From positions 1,667-65,666 of the forward strand of contig CAVRZV010000009.1 of NCBI GenBank assembly GCA_963725785.1: 64,000 nt of DNA. The letters are read 5' to 3'. The stretch is from an uncultured Bacteroidales bacterium. GTDB taxonomy: Bacteria; Bacteroidota; Bacteroidia; Bacteroidales; VadinHA17. The translations under genes were made by a program, and so were the position numbers. Below are positions 39,001 to 44,831 of the stretch, piece after piece; the stretch's first letter is position 1, and each line of letters begins with the position of its first letter. The notes beneath the pieces are model-generated. The model was not told where the DNA came from. It saw only the letters and a program-made list of their open reading frames with translations, and ran no database searches.

Positions 39001-41287
39001 TGCAGTTACCGTCAGCCCGTTACCAATAGTCACATCAGCGTCAGTAAGTCCGGCCTCAGTCTGTGTATCCGGCTCTGTATTATTTACAGCTACAGCAAGT
39101 ACCGGAATAATTACATGGTATGATGCAGTAACGGCAGGAAATGTGGTAGTACCTCCGACAAGCATTAGTTCAACCACCACATTATGGGCAGAAGCAACAG
39201 CCAATGGCTGCGTATCTGCTGCTCGTACTTCGGTTACAGCGACAGTCCATCCGTTGCCAACGATCACGATAACCACTCCTGCATCATGTGCAGCAGATTT
39301 ATTAACATATTCTGTTGGAGTAACGGTCAGTTCAGGTATAGTAACAAGTACCTCAGGTACAGTTAATAATACCGGTGGAAATTTATGGTCTATAAATTCA
39401 ATAACAACCGGAACTGCTATTACACTTAGTGTGACCGATGTCAATAGCTGTATTGGAACATTAACAATAACTTCACCTGATTGTAGCTGCCCTGTTGTAC
39501 CACCTCCTGTAAGCGGTGGTGATAAGGCTTATTGTTTGGGTAGTTCAATACCAGCAATTACTGCAAGTGTTTTGGCCGGAGAGACCGTAGACTGGTTCGC
39601 AGGCTCAGCAGGGGGATCTGCTCTATCAACAGGAATAAGCTATACACCCTCATCGGCAGGAACATATTATGCAGAGGCAAGAAATACAACGACAGGTTGC
39701 AAGAGTAATACACGTACTCCTGTAATCTTGACTGCGAATGCTTTACCGGTACCGGTAATATCAGGACCGGCATCAGCATGTGTGAACTCCACTGGCAATG
39801 TATATTCCACAACCGCAGGTATGACGGGATATGCATGGACAATATCGGCAGGAGGATCAATCACGGCAGGCACAGGAACCAATAGTATTACGGTCACATG
39901 GAACACAGCTGCAGCACAGACAGTGTCTGTTAACTATACCAACAGCAACAGTTGTACAGCAGCATCACCGACAGTATATAATGTCACGGTCAATGCCTTA
40001 CCGGTACCAGTAATATCAGGACCGGCGTCAGCATGCGTGAACTCCACTGGCAACGTCTATTCCACAACCGCAGGTATGACGGGATATACATGGTCAATCT
40101 CGGCAGGAGGATCAATCACGGCAGGTACAGGAACCAATAGTATTACAGTTACATGGAACACAGCTGCAGCGCAGACAGTGTCTGTTAACTATACAAACAG
40201 CAACAGTTGTACAGCAGCATCACCGACAGTATATAATGTCACGGTCAATGCCTTACCGGTACCAGTAATATCAGGACCGGCGTCAGCATGTGTGAACTCC
40301 ACTGGCAATGTATATTCCACAACAGCAGGTATGACGGGATACACATGGTCAATCTCGGCAGGAGGATCAATCACGGCAGGCACAGGAACCAATAGTATTA
40401 CGGTCACATGGAACACAGCTGCAGCACAGACAGTGTCTGTTAACTATACCAACAGCAGCAGTTGTACAGCAGCATCACCGACAGTATATAATGTCACGGT
40501 CAATGCCTTACCGGTACCAGTAATATCAGGACCGGCGTCAGCATGCGTGAACTCCACTGGCAACGTCTATTCCACAACCGCAGGTATGACGGGATATACA
40601 TGGTCAATCTCGGCAGGAGGATCAATCACGGCAGGTACAGGAACCAATAGTATTACAGTTACATGGAACACAGCTGCAGCGCAGACAGTGTCTGTTAACT
40701 ATACAAACAGCAACAGTTGTACAGCAGCATCACCGACAGTATATAATGTCACGGTCAATGCCTTACCGGTACCGGTAATATCAGGACCGGCGTCAGCATG
40801 CGTGAACTCCACTGGCAACGTCTATTCCACAACCGCAGGTATGACGGGATATGCATGGTCAATCTCGGCAGGAGGATCAATCACGGCAGGCACAGGAACC
40901 AATAGTATTACGGTCACATGGAACACAGCTGCAGCACAGACAGTGTCTGTTAACTATACGAACGGCAACAGTTGTACAGCAGTTTCACCGACAGTATATA
41001 ATGTCACGGTCAATGCTTTGCCGATACCGGTAATATCAGGACCGGCGTCAGCATGCGTGAACTCCACTGGCAACGTCTATTCCACAACCGCAGGTATGAC
41101 GGGATATGCATGGTCAATCTCGGCAGGAGGATCAATCACGGCAGGAATGGAACCAATAGTATTACTGTTACATGGAACACAGCCGCTGCACAGACAGTGT
41201 CTGTTAACTATACAAACAGCAACAGTTGTACAGCAGTTTCACCGACAGTATATAATGTCACGGTCAATGCCTTACCGGTACCAGTAA
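36014..41287 (+). CDS. Repetitive Ig/PKD-like surface protein, N-terminal 5.1 kb; frame breaks at ~41145
   Basis: Signal-like N-terminus (..VFLLVCLFLLISAKGWGQ), a PKD-like first domain (YSWDFG), then 10 x 88-aa and 7 x 85-aa modules with conserved Cys. Confidence 0.85.
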   Translation: MRCFSLAKINIIKELRLPKVFLLVCLFLLISAKGWGQTPNFSANILTVCSGSTITFTNLSSGFSGSETYSWDFGSGSAPSSSSVINPPAITYTGSGTVTVSLTVTDGTVYTETKTDYITITALPIAAGTITGTSAVCEGQTGVSYNVPAITNATSYVWSYSGTGATITGTTDAVTIDFASNATSGNLTVHGTNACGSGAVSANFAVTVSPLPIAAGTITGTSAVCEGQTGVSYNVPAITNATSYVWSYSGTGATITGTTDAVTIDFASNATSGNLTVHGTNACGSGAVSANFAVTVSPLPIAAGTITGTSAVCEGQTGVSYNVPAITNATSYVWSYSGTGATITGTTDAVTIDFASNATSGNLTVHGTNACGSGAVSANFAVTVSPLPIAAGTITGTSAVCEGQTGVSYNVPAITNATSYVWSYSGTGATITGTTDAVTIDFASNATSGNLTVHGTNACGSGAVSANFAVTVSPLPIAAGTITGTSAVCEGQTGVSYNVPAITNATSYVWSYSGTGATITGTTDAVTIDFASNATSGNLTVHGTNACGSGAVSANFAVTVSPLPIAAGTITGTSAVCEGQTGVSYNVPAITNATSYVWSYSGTGATITGTTDAVTIDFASNATSGNLTVHGTNACGSGAVSANFAVTVSPLPIAAGTITGTSAVCEGQTGVSYNVPAITNATSYVWSYSGTGATITGTTDAVTIDFASNATSGNLTVHGTNACGSGAVSANFAVTVSPLPIAAGTITGTSAVCEGQTGVSYNVPAITNATSYVWSYSGTGATITGTTDAVTIDFASNATSGNLTVHGTNACGSGAVSANFAVTVSPLPIAAGTITGTSAVCEGQTGVSYNVPAITNATSYVWSYSGTGATITGTTDAVTIDFASNATSGNLTVHGTNACGSGAVSANFAVTVSPLPIAAGTITGTSAVCEGQTGVSYNVPAITNATSYVWSYSGTGATITGTTDAVTIDFASNATSGNLTVHGTNACGSGAVSANFAVTVSPLPIVTSASVSPASVCVSGSVLFTATASTGIITWYDAVTAGNVVVPPTSISSTTTLWAEATANGCVSAARTSVTATVHPLPTITITTPASCAADLLTYSVGVTVSSGIVTSTSGTVNNTGGNLWSINSITTGTAITLSVTDVNSCIGTLTITSPDCSCPVVPPPVSGGDKAYCLGSSIPAITASVLAGETVDWFAGSAGGSALSTGISYTPSSAGTYYAEARNTTTGCKSNTRTPVILTANALPVPVISGPASACVNSTGNVYSTTAGMTGYAWTISAGGSITAGTGTNSITVTWNTAAAQTVSVNYTNSNSCTAASPTVYNVTVNALPVPVISGPASACVNSTGNVYSTTAGMTGYTWSISAGGSITAGTGTNSITVTWNTAAAQTVSVNYTNSNSCTAASPTVYNVTVNALPVPVISGPASACVNSTGNVYSTTAGMTGYTWSISAGGSITAGTGTNSITVTWNTAAAQTVSVNYTNSSSCTAASPTVYNVTVNALPVPVISGPASACVNSTGNVYSTTAGMTGYTWSISAGGSITAGTGTNSITVTWNTAAAQTVSVNYTNSNSCTAASPTVYNVTVNALPVPVISGPASACVNSTGNVYSTTAGMTGYAWSISAGGSITAGTGTNSITVTWNTAAAQTVSVNYTNGNSCTAVSPTVYNVTVNALPIPVISGPASACVNSTGNVYSTTAGMTGYAWSISAGGSITAGMEPIVLLLHGTQPLHRQCLLTIQTATVVQQFHRQYIMSRSMPYRYQ
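36377..39028 (+). repeat. Tandem array, 264-bp unit, 10 copies with no visible differences
   Basis: Units start at 36377, 36641 ... 38753. The next unit begins at 39017 and diverges after 12 nt. Sense translations are identical, and so are the nine full antisense ORFs. Confidence 0.95.
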
Positions 41288-41523
41288 TATCAGGACCGGC
41301 GTCAGCATGCGTGAACTCCACTGGCAACGTCTATTCCACAACAGCAGGTATGACGGGATATGCATGGTCAATCTCGGCAGGAGGATCAATCACGGCAGGC
41401 ACAGGAACCAATAGTATTACGGTCACATGGAACACAGCTGCAGCACAGACAGTGTCTGTTAACTATACCAACAGCAACAGTTGTACAGCAGCATCACCGA
41501 CAGTATATAATGTCACGGTCAAT
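39740..41523 (+). repeat. Tandem array, 255-bp (85-codon) unit, 7 copies with a few substitutions; copy 6 carries the 1-nt deletion
   Basis: ALPVPVISGPASACVNSTGNVYSTTAGMTGY.W.ISAGGSITAGTGTNSITVTWNTAAAQTVSVNYTN.NSCTA.SPTVYNVTVN recurs from 39740, 39995 and so on. Confidence 0.95.
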
Positions 41524-42336
41524 GCTTTACCTGCCATCACAGGTACCCTGGATGTGTGCCTGGGTTCAAATACTCAATTAACAGGATCCGGAACTCCGGC
41601 AGTAACTAATCCATGGGTTTCAGCAACCCCCGGAGTAGCAGCAGTAAGTCCTGCAGGATTAGTAACATCAGTTTCAGCAGGTACAAGTGTGATAACGTAT
41701 ACAAATAATAATGGATGCAACATTTCAGCGACAGTAACTGTTACTATATGTTACAAGACACTTAACCTTACCTCAGTTATGCTTGAAGGACTTTATAACG
41801 GTGCCGGTACCATGAAACGTGCATATGATGAATTTGGTCAGCACTGGTTAGATGGTTCGTCTGATCATATCACCGTTGAGTTGCATAGTGCAACAACTTA
41901 TGCTACTATTGTATTTGCTGCTAATGATGTGCCCCTCAGCACTATTGGATCTGCGAGTATTACTACTGTTCCATATAACTTAAATGGCTCTTACTACATC
42001 ACTATAAGGAATCGTACGAGCATTGAAACGACCACTGCTGCACCAGTATCATTCGGAGGAAGCATTATCAACTATGCTTATGACTCGCCATCAAAAGTGT
42101 ATGGTAACAATTTAATACTCATGACTGGCCCAGGTAGTCATTATGCTATCTTTGGAGGTGATGTGAATCAGAATGGCCTTGTTGAATCTTTTGATATGAC
42201 TCCTATTGACAACCTCTCTTCTGCTTTCGGATATGATTTTAATGTCGATGTCAACAGCGATGGATTAATAGATTCCAGAGATATGACTATTGTTGATAAT
42301 AATAATGCTGCATTTGTTTCATCAATTCTTCCATGA
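41053..42336 (+). CDS. C-terminal continuation of the 36014 gene (real sense from ~41146): last repeats, a BIG2-like domain, a beta-sandwich region and a dockerin-like double EF-hand; no T9SS tail
   Basis: After 41146 this frame reads NGTNSITVTWNTAAAQTVSVNYTN, which is the repeat consensus. The end is GGDVNQNGLVESFD...VDVNSDGLIDSRD. The first 31 codons of the track ORF are out-of-frame overlap. Confidence 0.8.
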   Translation: MRELHWQRLFHNRRYDGICMVNLGRRINHGRNGTNSITVTWNTAAAQTVSVNYTNSNSCTAVSPTVYNVTVNALPVPVISGPASACVNSTGNVYSTTAGMTGYAWSISAGGSITAGTGTNSITVTWNTAAAQTVSVNYTNSNSCTAASPTVYNVTVNALPAITGTLDVCLGSNTQLTGSGTPAVTNPWVSATPGVAAVSPAGLVTSVSAGTSVITYTNNNGCNISATVTVTICYKTLNLTSVMLEGLYNGAGTMKRAYDEFGQHWLDGSSDHITVELHSATTYATIVFAANDVPLSTIGSASITTVPYNLNGSYYITIRNRTSIETTTAAPVSFGGSIINYAYDSPSKVYGNNLILMTGPGSHYAIFGGDVNQNGLVESFDMTPIDNLSSAFGYDFNVDVNSDGLIDSRDMTIVDNNNAAFVSSILP

Positions 42337-42425
42337 AAATAATGAATACTACCATAATATTAATCTGACTTTTAAACATTCATAGAATCTATGAATAGTA
42401 AAAAACAATATAAAGTAAAAATAAT

Positions 42426-44831
42426 ATGAGAAAAATAGTACCACAATGGTTTAAAGCTTTACCATTTCTGGCATTAGTGCTGACATTCACAAATGTAAAA
42501 GCCCAAACAGCGACCGATTTCCAAATAACACTCCAAAATGTAGTGCAGACTACAGATCGAGTTCTTGAATTCGATATCTATCTTCGGAACAACGATTTAG
42601 CAAATTCGATGGAAATGGCAACATTTCAGGCCGGGATCACCTTGAATTCTGCAATTTATTCTGGTGGTTCTCTGACAGCTACAATTGTTGCAGGTACTTC
42701 TACACTAACCAACTCTGCACAGGTGCCAACAAGCATTACCTATACTGCATCATCGACTATTATCAAATTAGCAGCTAAATCGCCTCCTGGAGCAGGTAGT
42801 GGTTCTATTATATCACAGGTTAGTCCGGGTACACGTATCATTCGTGTGCGGCTAACTTCTACAGTTGCTTTTGCAGCTAACTCAACTCCGAATTTTTTCT
42901 TTGCACCAAGTACGGACTTAAGTCCTTCATATCCCACTGCAGTTGCATTGTATGTAGGTGGCATAAACACCCAGCTCCCTGTTGCGATGACTGTTAATGC
43001 ATTTGTTCTGGAGAATCCTACACTTAATCAGTTACCTACAGCATTTACAGTCACAGGTACCGGTTCTTACTGCCAGGGATCAGGCGGTTTGACAGTCGGT
43101 CTTACCGATTCAGAAAATGGTGTAACATATACCTTACTTAAAAATGGTTCTGCCACCACTACACTTCCAGGCACAGGATCACCCTTAAGTTTTCCTGGTC
43201 AGCTTTTCGGAACATATACAATTAGTGGAACAAACGGTGGGGGTACTACTGTTATGAATGGAAATGCTGTTTTAACGGAAATTGCTACCCCCGCAGCACC
43301 AACCGTGGGAGTCGTTAATAACTGTAACGGTACTTCAACACTCACTGCTTCAGGTTTTACGGGAACATTATTGTGGAGCACCTCTGCGACAACAACTTCA
43401 ATTACTGTTAATACAGCGGGTACTTATACTGTTACTCAAACAGTGAGCGGATGTACAAGTTCAGCAGGTTCAGGTATAGCAGCACCTAAAACCACCCCTG
43501 CTGCTCCGACAGTAACAGTAGTTAATAATTGCAATGGTACCTCAACACTTACAGCCTCTGGTTTTACAGGAACTTTGTTATGGAGTACATCAGCCACAAC
43601 TACCTCTATTACAGTAAATTCTGCAGGAACCTATACTGTCACTCAGACTGTCAACGGTTGTACAAGCCCGGCAGGTTCCGGAACTGCGGCTCCGAAAACC
43701 ACTCCTGTGGCTCCCGGTGTATCCGTTGTTGATAACTGTGGAACTTCAACTCTTACGGCAACTGGTTTCACGGGAACGTTATTATGGAGCACTTCTGCAA
43801 CAACTACCTCTATTACAGTTAACACACCCGGAGCATACACAGTCACTCAAACTGTGAACGGATGCACAAGTTCAGCCGGTTCGGGAACTGCAGCTCCGAA
43901 ATCTACTCCTCCGGCACCTGCAGTAACAGTAGTTGATAACTGCAATGGCACTTCAACACTCACGGCCTCTGGTTACACAGGAACATTGCTGTGGAGTACT
44001 TCTGCAACGACTGCCTCTATTACAGTAAATGCAGCCGGAACTTATACAGTGACTCAAACCGTGAGCGGGTGTACAAGTCCGGCAGGTTCAGGTATAGCAG
44101 CACCAAAAACTACTCCGGCTGCCCCAACCGTAACAGTAGTAGATAATTGCAATGGCACTTCAACTTTAACGGCTTCTGCCTTTACAGGAACTTTGTTATG
44201 GAGCACTTCAGCGACTACTGCTTCCATTATAGTTAACGCCGCCGGACCTTATACTGTGACTCAAACAGTTAACGGATGTACAAGTCTGGCTGGTTCCGGT
44301 ACAGCTGCGCCCAAAACTGCTCCCGCAGCTCCGACCGTCGGTCTGACCCAACCCACATGTTCAGTCAGCACAGGAACTATAACAATTTCTGCCCCCACAG
44401 GAGCAGGTATGACTTTCAGCATTGATGGTATATCTTATGTCAATACTACCGGAATTTTCACTTTAGTCGCTCCGGGTATATATACAGTAACTGCGAGAAA
44501 TGTTGCAGGGTGTATTTCACCGGGAACGAGCGCAACGATATCTGCCCAGCCTCCCACACCGATTGTAAATAATCAGGGAACATCAATTTCGTCAGGTGGA
44601 ACATTTACAATAACTCCAAGTGGAGCAACTATTCCTGCAGGTACCACTTATACCTGGACGGTTCCGACTTATACAAATGGGGTAACTGGTGGAACTGCTC
44701 AACTCAGTCCTCAGCTAAGTATTACAGGGAGCCTGACTATTCCCTCAGGAACAGGAACTGCAACTTATACTGTAACACCCACTTCCGGAACTTGTATAGG
44801 AGCAACATTTACTGTTACTAGTGACTGTTAA
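42426..44831 (+). CDS. N-terminal half of a second Ig-repeat surface protein (signal peptide present, no sorting tail)
   Basis: Signal peptide MRKIVPQWFKALPFLALVLTFTNVKAQ, a ~170-aa N-terminal beta-rich domain, then five 69-aa modules. It ends 11 nt inside the next ORF. Confidence 0.8.
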   Translation: MRKIVPQWFKALPFLALVLTFTNVKAQTATDFQITLQNVVQTTDRVLEFDIYLRNNDLANSMEMATFQAGITLNSAIYSGGSLTATIVAGTSTLTNSAQVPTSITYTASSTIIKLAAKSPPGAGSGSIISQVSPGTRIIRVRLTSTVAFAANSTPNFFFAPSTDLSPSYPTAVALYVGGINTQLPVAMTVNAFVLENPTLNQLPTAFTVTGTGSYCQGSGGLTVGLTDSENGVTYTLLKNGSATTTLPGTGSPLSFPGQLFGTYTISGTNGGGTTVMNGNAVLTEIATPAAPTVGVVNNCNGTSTLTASGFTGTLLWSTSATTTSITVNTAGTYTVTQTVSGCTSSAGSGIAAPKTTPAAPTVTVVNNCNGTSTLTASGFTGTLLWSTSATTTSITVNSAGTYTVTQTVNGCTSPAGSGTAAPKTTPVAPGVSVVDNCGTSTLTATGFTGTLLWSTSATTTSITVNTPGAYTVTQTVNGCTSSAGSGTAAPKSTPPAPAVTVVDNCNGTSTLTASGYTGTLLWSTSATTASITVNAAGTYTVTQTVSGCTSPAGSGIAAPKTTPAAPTVTVVDNCNGTSTLTASAFTGTLLWSTSATTASIIVNAAGPYTVTQTVNGCTSLAGSGTAAPKTAPAAPTVGLTQPTCSVSTGTITISAPTGAGMTFSIDGISYVNTTGIFTLVAPGIYTVTARNVAGCISPGTSATISAQPPTPIVNNQGTSISSGGTFTITPSGATIPAGTTYTWTVPTYTNGVTGGTAQLSPQLSITGSLTIPSGTGTATYTVTPTSGTCIGATFTVTSDC
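43287..44318 (+). repeat. Tandem array, 207-bp (69-codon) unit, 5 moderately diverged copies; the third is 204 bp
   Basis: TPAAPTV.VVNNCNGTSTLTASGFTGTLLWSTSATT.SITVN.AGTYTVTQTV.GCTS.AGSG.AAPK recurs at 43287, 43494, 43701, 43905 and 44112. Confidence 0.9.

Noticed and set aside
36490-39444. Nine identical 80-aa minus-strand ORFs plus one of 192 aa in the second adhesin gene
   Set aside because: Same reason: they are antisense shadows of the 264-bp array. They were useful only as a check that the copies are identical at synonymous positions.
41053-41145. ATG at 41053 as an independent start (MRELHWQRLFHNRRYDGICMVNLGRRINHGR...)
   Set aside because: This stretch is the out-of-frame reading of repeat copy 6. 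The sense of this frame only begins after the 1-nt deletion at ~41145.
42378-42396. Hairpin ATTCATAG-aat-CTATGAAT between the second and third adhesin genes as a terminator
   Set aside because: The stem is purely AT-rich and is not followed by a T-tract. The genes are co-oriented 90 nt apart and are probably co-transcribed.
11497-44831. Programmed ribosomal frameshifting or slipped-strand phase variation at the adhesin frameshift sites
   Set aside because: There is no X XXY YYZ heptamer, no prfB-like +1 context, no downstream pseudoknot-like GC structure that I could see, and no SSR tract at 11515, 41145 or 44820. Similar indels also hit thioredoxin and the MBOAT gene.
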